Source of the DNA: Bacteroidales bacterium
Lineage (GTDB): Bacteria; Bacteroidota; Bacteroidia; Bacteroidales; UBA1715
Reading direction: 5' to 3'
NCBI GenBank assembly: GCA_017516865.1
Contig: JAFXAU010000017.1
Coordinates: 748-64,747, forward strand
DNA: 64,000 nt
The notes beneath the pieces are model-generated. The model did no database searches. It saw nothing but the letters and a program-made list of their open reading frames with translations, and was not told where the DNA came from. Both the position numbers and the translations under genes were made by a program. This document shows positions 1-7,765 of the stretch, one piece after another. The first letter of the stretch is position 1, and each line of letters begins with the position of its first letter.

Positions 1-317
1 TATAAAAAAACGTATACGAGTGTCACATCGTAGCCGTCTTTGTGAAATTCGTCCATCATTTTGGTAAGATACGTCCCCGAAAGTGTACTTTCAATAAGTA
101 TGCTTTCGCCTCGGGCTTTGTATTGTTCAAGCCGTTGGAAGAAGATTTTTCCCGCAGTAACACTAACTTTGCTGACATTTTCGGGATTGATGTCCTTGGC
201 AATTTCGTCGGCATTGAGACAGGCCATAGGATGCAATTCGACGTAACTTTGTGTAAACGTCGTCTTGCCCGAACCGTTCGGTCCTCCGATTATCACCAAT
301 TCCTTTGTTTCAGCCAT
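1..317 (-). CDS. zeta-toxin-like P-loop ATPase/kinase (COG4185-type); the 3' end runs off the window
   Basis: Not in the ORF track because no stop lies in the window. Reverse-strand translation from the ATG at 315-317 gives MAETKELVIIGGPNGSGKTTFTQSY...IESTLSG...GYDVTLVYVFL. Walker A is GPNGSGKT. The start lies 4 nt after the upstream CNNM stop. Confidence 0.7.
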   Translation of the reverse strand, partial: MAETKELVIIGGPNGSGKTTFTQSYVELHPMACLNADEIAKDINPENVSKVSVTAGKIFFQRLEQYKARGESILIESTLSGTYLTKMMDEFHKDGYDVTLVYVFL

Positions 318-320
318 GAA

Positions 321-1397
321 TTATTTATTGCCTTCCTGAACTTTGACTGGCAAAGTACGGAAGTTTTTGTTCTGTTTCTGTCGTTTTTGCCAGCGCTCAC
401 GTGCAAACTGTTGCAAGTCGCTTACTTCGTCATTCTCGTCAATTATTTCCAATCCAAGAATTGTCTCAATAATATCTTCAAGTGTCAATATACCTTGAAA
501 ACAGCCGTATTCATCAATAATCAACGCTATTTGTGCCTTGTTTTTCAGCAAAGACTCCCATACGGCACTGATAGACATTTCTTCGTTAAAGAAACTAATA
601 TCACGGCGAAGACTACCTAATGTCATGTCAAAATTATCTTCGGCAAGTTCTTCCAACGCGTCGCTTCGCAAAACATAACCAGTGATATATTCTTGCGATT
701 CTGCATAGACGGGTATTCTCGAAAAGTGGAGATAATCATCGCTGTCGTAAAATTCCCTAAGTGTCATTGATTCCGGTGCAATGGCCGCAACCACACGGGG
801 AGTCATTACGTCGTATGCCTTGATGTTGTCAAGTTTCATGATGTTTTGAATGATTTTGTTCTCATTCTCTTCGATAACTCCTTCTTCCTCGCCCACGTTA
901 GCCATGGCGGAAACTTCTTCGCGGCTGACTGCCTTTTCCGCTTCTTGGGGCGAAATCCATTTTGTGATGAGTTTTATGAGAATCACAAACGGGTACATGA
1001 TGACCAGCAACACACTTATGATATGTGCCACGGGACCCATGAGTTGTTTCCAGTAGGTTGTTCCGATTGTTTTTGGTATGATTTCGGAGAAAATAAGAAT
1101 CATCAAAGTTGTAATAATTGAAACAACTCCGAACCATTCGCTTCCAAAAACTAATGTTGCCTGTTTCCCAACACCGGCTGCCCCTATGGTGTTTGCAATC
1201 GTGTTTAACGAAAGAATTGCCGCTAATGCTCCATCGGTTTCTTGCTTGTATTTTTTGAATAAAACTGCACTTTTATGTCCTTCTTCCTCACGCATTGTAA
1301 TGTATGAAAGCGGCGTCGACAAAAGAACCGACTCCAATATGGAACATAGGAATGACGTGCATAGAGCGATTAGTAAATATGTAAATAATAACCCCAT
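321..1397 (-). CDS. CNNM / HlyC-CorC family transporter (DUF21 membrane domain, CBS pair, CorC_HlyC C-terminus)
   Basis: ORF 321..1430. Start moved to the ATG at 1397 (MGLLFTYLL...) because a TAnnTTTG box lies inside the longer ORF. Four N-terminal TM helices are followed by CBS-like segments. Confidence 0.85.
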   Translation of the reverse strand: MGLLFTYLLIALCTSFLCSILESVLLSTPLSYITMREEEGHKSAVLFKKYKQETDGALAAILSLNTIANTIGAAGVGKQATLVFGSEWFGVVSIITTLMILIFSEIIPKTIGTTYWKQLMGPVAHIISVLLVIMYPFVILIKLITKWISPQEAEKAVSREEVSAMANVGEEEGVIEENENKIIQNIMKLDNIKAYDVMTPRVVAAIAPESMTLREFYDSDDYLHFSRIPVYAESQEYITGYVLRSDALEELAEDNFDMTLGSLRRDISFFNEEMSISAVWESLLKNKAQIALIIDEYGCFQGILTLEDIIETILGLEIIDENDEVSDLQQFARERWQKRQKQNKNFRTLPVKVQEGNK

Positions 1398-1416
1398 TCT
1401 TAATGAAAATATTGCA

Positions 1417-1424
1417 CAAACATA
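1417..1424 (-). promoter_or_regulatory. Bacteroidetes -7 promoter box (TATGTTTG on the minus strand)
   Basis: Plus strand reads caaacata, reverse complement TATGTTTG, about 20 nt upstream of the ATG at 1397. Confidence 0.55.
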
Positions 1425-1475
1425 ACGCAAAAGCAGAAAAATAGCAAATTCTCACGGAAATAGAATAGAAATATG

Positions 1476-1483
1476 TATGTTTG
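1476..1483 (+). promoter_or_regulatory. Bacteroidetes -7 promoter box (TATGTTTG)
   Basis: Exact TAnnTTTG match 14 nt upstream of ATGATG at 1497. Divergent partner of the box at 1417-1424. Confidence 0.55.
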
Positions 1484-1496
1484 TGCTTGTGTGAAT

Positions 1497-2147
1497 ATGA
1501 TGAAAACAAAATCTGATTTACTGCTACAGGCTTATATTGAGGAGCATATTGAGGATGAACCGAAGTTGTTGAAAGAACTTCGTCGGCAGGCACATCTTAC
1601 GTTGCTTCGTCCCCGAATGCTGTCGGGCCATTTACAAGGAAGAATACTTAAAATGTTCATGCAGATGATACGGCCTGAACATGTGCTTGAAATAGGTACA
1701 TACACGGGTTATTCCGCCTTGTGCATAGCCGAAGGGCTTCCCGACGGTTCTTTGCTCGATACGATAGAAATAAATGACGAATTAGAAAACAAAATTCTTT
1801 CGTTCTTTAATGCTTCGGAACACGGCAAAAAAATAAAACTCCACATTGGCGATGCGCTGGAAATTATTCCTACGTTTCCATACTCTTTTGATGCAGTTTT
1901 CATGGATGGTAACAAACGGCATTACAAAGCTTATTACGAAGCATGTTTGGGCAAACTCCGTCAGGGTGGATACATTTTTGCCGATAATACGTTGTGGGAC
2001 GGTCATGTGGTTGACGAGGAAATTCGTAGAAATGACCAACAAACAAAAGGTATAATGGAATTTAACGATATGGTGAAAAACGACCCGCGGGTGGAGGTTG
2101 TTATTTTACCGATTCGGGATGGGATAAGCGTGATACGGGTGAAATAA
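1497..2147 (+). CDS. class I SAM-dependent O-methyltransferase (caffeoyl-CoA OMT / YrrM-like)
   Basis: ORF 1473..2147 trimmed to the ATG at 1497. Contains VLEIGTYTGYSAL (SAM motif I) and a FMDGNK...ADNTLW pattern typical of the family. Confidence 0.85.
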   Translation: MMKTKSDLLLQAYIEEHIEDEPKLLKELRRQAHLTLLRPRMLSGHLQGRILKMFMQMIRPEHVLEIGTYTGYSALCIAEGLPDGSLLDTIEINDELENKILSFFNASEHGKKIKLHIGDALEIIPTFPYSFDAVFMDGNKRHYKAYYEACLGKLRQGGYIFADNTLWDGHVVDEEIRRNDQQTKGIMEFNDMVKNDPRVEVVILPIRDGISVIRVK

Positions 2148-2187
2148 TGTGTAATGCTCAATTCTCAATGCGTAATGCTCAATTTAA
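2146..2187 (+). repeat. heptanucleotide tandem array (AATGYNY x6)
   Basis: Reads AATGTGT AATGCTC AATTCTC AATGCGT AATGCTC AATTTAA. More heptads at 2229-2249 and an inverted copy at 2261-2270. Related arrays lie at 14029-14091 and 37041-37075. Confidence 0.8.
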
Positions 2188-2293
2188 TTATGGGTGACGG
2201 GGTTGAGATTGGGTGTAACAGTAAAAGAAATTCACAATACATAATTAAATTTTGAAAAAAATTGTGAATGTTATGAAAAATAAAAGAAATGTG

Positions 2294-2301
2294 TATATTT
2301 G
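2294..2301 (+). promoter_or_regulatory. Bacteroidetes -7 promoter box (TATATTTG) for tRNA-Leu
   Basis: Exact TAnnTTTG match 11 nt upstream of the tRNA 5' end. Confidence 0.6.
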
Positions 2302-2312
2302 CACCACCAAAT

Positions 2313-2396
2313 GCCAAAGTGGCGGAATTGGTAGACGCGCTGGACTCAAAATCCAGTGATAGCAATATCGTGCGGGTTCGATTCCCGCCTTTGGTA
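2313..2396 (+). tRNA. tRNA-Leu (anticodon CAA), class II with a long variable arm; CCA not encoded
   Basis: Acceptor GCCAAAG/CTTTGGT (G1:U72), D arm GCGGAATTGGTAGACGC, anticodon stem-loop CTGGA-CTCAAAA-TCCAG, T arm GCGGGTTCGATTCCCGC, discriminator A. Confidence 0.92.
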
Positions 2397-2401
2397 CACG
2401 A

Positions 2402-2431
2402 AAGGTTGAAACTTATGTTTCAGCCTTTTTT
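2402..2431 (+). terminator. intrinsic terminator after tRNA-Leu
   Basis: Stem AAGGTTGAAAC / GTTTCAGCCTT (one G-U pair), loop TTAT, then a T-run. Confidence 0.75.
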
Positions 2432-2563
2432 GTTTTCATATTGCAGAGTCGATGTGTGAAGTCTTGACTTGTAAATTCACAAAAAATGATTATTTTTGAA
2501 AAATCTTACTAAATAGTGTAACCTTTTTGTTTTTATTCGAGTCTTGTTATTGAATTTGTAATA

Positions 2564-3109
2564 ATGTGTACAGATGAAGAAATCATAGACGGATGTCTGA
2601 GGAATGACAGAAAGATGCAGAAGGCCTTGTATGACAAGTATGCGTCGAAAATGTTCGCCGTATGTCTCCGTTATTCCCGTAGCAGGGACGAAGCTTCTGA
2701 CGTATTGCAGGAAGGATTCATGAAGGTTTTCACGAAAATCGAGCAATTTTCACGAGAACATTCATTCGAGGGATGGATTCGAAGGGTTATGACGAACACT
2801 GCAATCACATATTATTATAAGAACAAACAAATAAATGAACAAAAAGATATAAACGAGGTTAACGAATTAGAAATTGAAAATGTAGATTTTAGAGAAAGTG
2901 AGTTTTCGAATGAAGAGTTGATGGGGGTGATACAAGAACTTCCCGATGCATATAGAATAGTTTTCAATATGTTCGCAATCGAGGGGTACAAACATAAAGA
3001 AATAGCGGAATTGCTACAAATTGAGGTCTCAACCGTCAAAACTCAATATCATCGAGCAAGACACATGATTCAAGAAAAACTACAGAAACTGGGGAAAGAA
3101 AGGATTTGA
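2564..3109 (+). CDS. RNA polymerase ECF-type sigma-70 family factor
   Basis: 181 aa. Region 2 (DEASDVLQEGFMKVF) and region 4 HTH (YKHKEIAELLQIEVSTVKTQYHRAR) are both recognisable. Confidence 0.88.
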   Translation: MCTDEEIIDGCLRNDRKMQKALYDKYASKMFAVCLRYSRSRDEASDVLQEGFMKVFTKIEQFSREHSFEGWIRRVMTNTAITYYYKNKQINEQKDINEVNELEIENVDFRESEFSNEELMGVIQELPDAYRIVFNMFAIEGYKHKEIAELLQIEVSTVKTQYHRARHMIQEKLQKLGKERI

Positions 3110-3110
3110 G

Positions 3111-4757
3111 ATGTTGAACGAAAAAGGTAGCATAGAAGAATTATTCAGCACACGCTTTAAAGATGCCGAAGCAATGCCGTCCGAAGACATTTGGGCGAAA
3201 TTGGAATCGAATCTTGACAAGCAAAATGTAGAAGGACTTTACCAGACTGCATTTAATAATGCCGTTGTGGAACCTTCGGCTTTTGTTTGGAAAAAATTGT
3301 CTTCGATGTTGGCTTTGCGGGCATTCCTCACGTTCAAATTCAATACATTCAATATTTATTACGCTTCGATTATCGCAGCATTTTTCGGTGCTACGACATA
3401 TAATGCTGTTCAGGAACGTGAATGGCAAGGATGGGAAAGACGCAACATTCGTGAGGTTGCAAGTTCCACTCCTGTAAAAGAAAATAAAACTTCTGTTACA
3501 ATAGATGAAATTCAAAATGAAGAGACTGATTATGTTGTAACAAAAGAATATCTTTCTGAATCAAATCATGTTGCAACAACAAAATCAACAAGAGAAACAG
3601 GCCATTCTTCTGCACCCCAACATATTACAAGTGTCAATGTGCCAGAAGCTATTCCTACAACTGATGGGAAAGGCAAAAAGAATGCTTCTGAAAACGCAAG
3701 AAATGTGGATTGGCAATATGTGAAGATTTCTGGTGCAAATTCAATTTGTAAAGACGTTGCTTCGGTATACAGCATTGAAGGCTTGACCGTTCATGCCGAT
3801 GTGACATGGAAGTTGCCGAAAAGTGCAAAGAAGACATCGGACGCGGGTCACAATGTTTCGATTATGTGGCAGGAATCTGGCGAACAGATGCTGAGCGCCG
3901 TGGTGAATGTCGATGGAAACAAGAAAACGTTCGACTATGTTGTGAACGTAGAAGGAGTGACCATCCCGTCAATCAAAGGAAAGACAAAAGTTTGCCAAGG
4001 AATGGAGAAACAGTTGTATTTTGTTGACGAAAACATCAATAAGGAAATTTCTTACATGTGGGAATCGCAGCAAAACACGATTGACCAGATTGGTAACAAA
4101 TACATCAACGTGGATTGGACGAAGAGCGGAAAAGACACCTTGTTCGTGACAAAGATAAATACTGTAACTGGCTGTAAATCATCTGTTGCAATAGGAATAC
4201 TTATTTATCCGCAACCGAAAATTGACTTTGAATGTCATCCACTTGGCGACAATCAATTTGAATTTGCGTTCAGCGAATCGCAGCGGAAAGGCTACACGTA
4301 TGAATGGAACATTGAAGGAATGGAATACACTGAACCTACTGTCACTCATGTGGCAACAGGAACAGGAAGTTCTTTCGTGACGCTGAGTGTCACCGATAAA
4401 AATGGATGCGTCACCAAGAAAGTGAAAGAAATTGATTTCAACAAAAACCATATTTCAATTCCATCGAAATTCACACCTGAAGGCGGAAATTATTTCATCC
4501 CATACACAAATTCCGATCTGCAAAATTATAGGATTGAAATTTATAATGCCCGAAATGAAAAAATTTGGGAATCTACCGAGTTGAATAATGGGAAACCTGC
4601 TGTTGGTTGGGATGGAAAATACAAAGGAAACATAGTCCCAGGCGGAAAATATTTGTGGAAAATTTCGGCAACATTCGAAGACGGTACAAAGTGGAAAGGT
4701 CTTATCCAGCCTAATGGAACGTGTCAGCCGAACGGAATATTCATATTGGAGAATTAA
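3111..4757 (+). CDS. membrane-anchored sigma-partner (anti-sigma-like) protein with Ig/PKD-like repeats and a T9SS type-B C-terminal sorting domain
   Basis: ATG lies 1 nt after the sigma stop. The N-terminus carries a duplicated PSxxxWxKLxS motif. One TM helix spans about aa 70-95. The C-terminus reads IPSKFTPEGGNYFIP...YRIEIYNARNEKIWES...GWDGKYKGNIVPGGKYLWKI... Confidence 0.65.
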   Translation: MLNEKGSIEELFSTRFKDAEAMPSEDIWAKLESNLDKQNVEGLYQTAFNNAVVEPSAFVWKKLSSMLALRAFLTFKFNTFNIYYASIIAAFFGATTYNAVQEREWQGWERRNIREVASSTPVKENKTSVTIDEIQNEETDYVVTKEYLSESNHVATTKSTRETGHSSAPQHITSVNVPEAIPTTDGKGKKNASENARNVDWQYVKISGANSICKDVASVYSIEGLTVHADVTWKLPKSAKKTSDAGHNVSIMWQESGEQMLSAVVNVDGNKKTFDYVVNVEGVTIPSIKGKTKVCQGMEKQLYFVDENINKEISYMWESQQNTIDQIGNKYINVDWTKSGKDTLFVTKINTVTGCKSSVAIGILIYPQPKIDFECHPLGDNQFEFAFSESQRKGYTYEWNIEGMEYTEPTVTHVATGTGSSFVTLSVTDKNGCVTKKVKEIDFNKNHISIPSKFTPEGGNYFIPYTNSDLQNYRIEIYNARNEKIWESTELNNGKPAVGWDGKYKGNIVPGGKYLWKISATFEDGTKWKGLIQPNGTCQPNGIFILEN

Positions 4758-4911
4758 GATTTTTTCCCCTCATCATCTATTTATTTCGTAAACACGTGTC
4801 GCATGACAAAGAGTTTTGTTGCGAAACGTTGTGATTTCTAAAAAATGACGTTTTTCTCTATTGTGTGTAACAATTTATGTGAAAAATCTCAACAGCATCT
4901 GAATGTTCTTG

Positions 4912-4919
4912 TATCTTTG
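4912..4919 (+). promoter_or_regulatory. Bacteroidetes -7 promoter box (TATCTTTG)
   Basis: Exact match 17 nt upstream of the ATG at 4936. It lies inside the longer ORF-track call that starts at 4903. Confidence 0.6.
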
Positions 4920-4935
4920 CCTCAATTTAATTGCC

Positions 4936-6339
4936 ATGTACGACGTATTAAACGACAGTGTCTTGCAGAAAATATCGGAAATTGCCGATGCCGGAGGTGT
5001 TCAAGCCTTTGTAATCGGTGGTTTTGTGCGTGATATTTTTCTTCGTCGCCCCAACAACGACATCGACATTGTGACGCTTGGCAACGGCATTGATTTGGCT
5101 GAAAAGACGGCTCATGCGATTTCTCCAAAATTGAATGTTTCGGTTTTCAAAAATTTTGGCACTGCCATGTTCCGCTACAATGGAGTGGAATATGAATTTG
5201 TTGGTGCACGCAAGGAATCGTATTCGCACAATTCGCGGAAGCCGCACGTTGAAGCTGGCACGTTGCAGGAAGACCAGAACCGACGGGATTTTACAATCAA
5301 TGCGTTGGCGTTATCGTTGAACAAAGAGAATTTCGCCGAACTGCTCGACCCGTTCAACGGTTTGCAGGATATGAACGATAAAATTATCCGCACACCGCTC
5401 GACCCCGATGTGACTTTTTCCGACGACCCGCTTCGGATGATGCGTGCCGTAAGGTTTGCCACGCAGTTGGATTTCAGTATTGAGGAACGTACATTCGAAG
5501 GTATACAACGAATGCGTGAACGGATTTCCATTGTTTCTATGGAGCGGATAATGGACGAATTCAATAAAATAATGCTGACGGAAACGCCGTCGAAAGGAAT
5601 TTTATTGCTTGACAAAGCTGGTTTGCTTGAACTGATAATACCCGAACTTATGCGCCTGAAAGGAGTGGAAACCGTGAACGGCATAGGTCACAAGGACAAT
5701 TTTTTCCACACATTGGAAGTTCTCGACAATGTTGCCCGTCGTTCCGACAATCTGTGGCTTCGATGGACGGCACTGCTCCACGACATAGCCAAACCACGCA
5801 CGAAAAAGTTCGTGGAGGGCATAGGGTGGACGTTCTATGGTCACGATATTGTAGGCGGTAGAATGGTGGTTGATATGTTTCGGAAGTTGAAATTGCCGAT
5901 GAACGAGAAAATGAAGTATGTGCAAAAACTCGTTTCTCTGCATCTTCGTCCTATTGCGTTGGTTGACGATGTTGTGAGCGATTCGGCAATTCGTCGTCTG
6001 TTGTTCGACGCCGGCGACGATATTGACGATTTAATGCTGTTGTGCGAAGCCGACATTACCTCGAAAAACGAAGCCAAAGTCAAAAAATATCTTGACAATT
6101 TCCAACTTGTTCGCGAAAAATTGAAACAAGTTGAAGAGAAAGATGCGCTCCGTAATTGGCAGCCGCCAATCACGGGTGAAGAAATAATTGAAACATTCCA
6201 TATTCAACCTTCAAAAGAAGTGGGAATCATTAAGTTGGCAATCCGCGAAGCAATTCTCGACGGCGTGATTGGCAACAACCACGACGAGGCATTTGCTTTT
6301 ATGCTTGAAAAAGGGAAGGAGTTGGGGTTGGTGGAGTAA
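4936..6339 (+). CDS. cca: CCA tRNA nucleotidyltransferase / poly(A) polymerase family protein with an HD domain
   Basis: Contains GGFVRDIFL...NDIDIV (nucleotidyltransferase motif), RRDFTINA, and an HD region LLHDIAKP...GHD. Confidence 0.85.
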   Translation: MYDVLNDSVLQKISEIADAGGVQAFVIGGFVRDIFLRRPNNDIDIVTLGNGIDLAEKTAHAISPKLNVSVFKNFGTAMFRYNGVEYEFVGARKESYSHNSRKPHVEAGTLQEDQNRRDFTINALALSLNKENFAELLDPFNGLQDMNDKIIRTPLDPDVTFSDDPLRMMRAVRFATQLDFSIEERTFEGIQRMRERISIVSMERIMDEFNKIMLTETPSKGILLLDKAGLLELIIPELMRLKGVETVNGIGHKDNFFHTLEVLDNVARRSDNLWLRWTALLHDIAKPRTKKFVEGIGWTFYGHDIVGGRMVVDMFRKLKLPMNEKMKYVQKLVSLHLRPIALVDDVVSDSAIRRLLFDAGDDIDDLMLLCEADITSKNEAKVKKYLDNFQLVREKLKQVEEKDALRNWQPPITGEEIIETFHIQPSKEVGIIKLAIREAILDGVIGNNHDEAFAFMLEKGKELGLVE

Positions 6340-6364
6340 TAATGCTACTATTATTTATGATCAT

Positions 6365-6393
6365 AAAAAAACTGGCTCAAATAACCGGTTTTT
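6365..6393 (+). terminator. intrinsic terminator after cca
   Basis: AAAACTGG / CCGGTTTT stem (one G-U pair), 9-nt loop, T-run. Sits between convergent genes. Confidence 0.5.
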
Positions 6394-6426
6394 CGTGGGA
6401 TTGTAGAGAGATGTACACTCTACATG

Positions 6427-6987
6427 TTAAATCTTCATTACATCAGCTTCTTTTGCAGCTGCTTTCTCATCAACTTTTGCAATAGCGGCGTCAATAATTT
6501 TTTGAATTTTTGTCTCGCCGTCTTTAGCCATATCTTCGGCAAGACCGTCTTTCTGAAGTTTTTTCAACATTTCATTGGCATCGCGACGAATGTTGCGGAT
6601 GACAACTTTTGTATTTTCCGCTTCGGCACGAACTTGTTTGCAAATATCTTTACGGCGTTCTTCTGTCAGAACAGGAATAGAGATTCGAATGAGAGAGCCG
6701 TCGTTGATTGGAGTCAAACCCAAGTTTGCTGCCATAATTGCTTTTTCAATCGGGTCAATCATTTTCTTTTCCCATGGTTGAACGACCAACGTACGAGCAT
6801 CGGGAGTGTTTACGTTTGCCACTTGATTCAGCGGAGTCATTGTACCATAATAGTCAACTTTTACCGAGTCGAGCATTACTGGTGACGCTTTGCCTGCACG
6901 GAGTTTCGACAACTCTGTTTCAAGTCGCTGCAACGGTGCAGTCATTCTTTCCTTCGTATCTTCTATGACAAGTTCTAATTCTTCCAT
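6427..6987 (-). CDS. frr: ribosome recycling factor
   Basis: 186 aa. Family pattern ...LRAGKASPVMLDSVKVDYYGTMTPLNQVANV...PVLTEERRKD...RRDAN. Confidence 0.95.
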   Translation of the reverse strand: MEELELVIEDTKERMTAPLQRLETELSKLRAGKASPVMLDSVKVDYYGTMTPLNQVANVNTPDARTLVVQPWEKKMIDPIEKAIMAANLGLTPINDGSLIRISIPVLTEERRKDICKQVRAEAENTKVVIRNIRRDANEMLKKLQKDGLAEDMAKDGETKIQKIIDAAIAKVDEKAAAKEADVMKI

Positions 6988-6995
6988 ATCTCCTT

Positions 6996-7688
6996 TTATC
7001 GTAACTGAAATTGTATTGGTAACATGTAGTATACAGGAACTTTTTCACCTGCTTGTTCTCCAGGGGTGAATGTCGGCAATTTACTGATAATGTCTAATGC
7101 AGCCTTATCCAACATTGCATTTGCCGAATTTATAACTTTTGGATTCTTTGCTTTACCGTCTTTACCAACGACAAATTGGATCACAACAGTTCCTTGTACA
7201 CCTAAATCGGCTGCTTCCTGTGGATAAACCAAATTTCTACCGATGAATTCCAATAGAGCCTTGTTTCCGCCTGGGAATGCCGGCATTTTTTCTACTTTCA
7301 TGAATGGAGTTTCTTCAACTTCTTCCCCTCCATCTCCAAAATCTATAGGTGCTTCTACTTTTGCGTTTTGGTCATCATTGTTTGCCTGAATTTGATCTGA
7401 ATTATCGAGGGTTTCATCTTCAGTTTCTTCAATGTTCTCGGCTGGAGGTGGTTCTGGTAGTTCAGGCTTTGGTTGCTCTGGCTCTGGTTGTTGCTCGTCA
7501 CGAGTTACTTCTACCATTTCCATGTCGTCTTCTGAAATAATGCCTTCGCGCGTTATTTCTTTGTTGGATTCTTCCACTCCAAAATTGAATGCAGCTAATA
7601 AAATTCCAAGTATAACAACGAAACCTATCTCTCTGAATATGAGTTTCTTATCTTCCAAGTTAGCTTTATCGCTTTTTTTAACTTCCAT
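6996..7688 (-). CDS. tonB: energy transducer TonB
   Basis: N-terminal TM helix, Pro/Glu-rich spacer (EQQPEPEQPKPELPEPPP), and a TonB C-terminal domain (MPAFPGG...GVQGTVVIQFVVGKDG). Confidence 0.88.
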   Translation of the reverse strand: MEVKKSDKANLEDKKLIFREIGFVVILGILLAAFNFGVEESNKEITREGIISEDDMEMVEVTRDEQQPEPEQPKPELPEPPPAENIEETEDETLDNSDQIQANNDDQNAKVEAPIDFGDGGEEVEETPFMKVEKMPAFPGGNKALLEFIGRNLVYPQEAADLGVQGTVVIQFVVGKDGKAKNPKVINSANAMLDKAALDIISKLPTFTPGEQAGEKVPVYYMLPIQFQLR

Positions 7689-7765
7689 ATTTGTAAATAT
7701 TAAGCGTTAAAATTTTGGCTAAAATAATAAATCCTTTGCAAATCGTCAATGAAAAACGTGTTTTT

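Noticed and set aside
42-620. Plus-strand ORFs of 192 aa and 61 aa at the left edge.
   Set aside because: They lie antisense to the zeta-toxin-like gene and the 3' end of the CNNM gene. Their translations have no motifs, whereas the minus strand gives clear Walker A and CBS-domain proteins.
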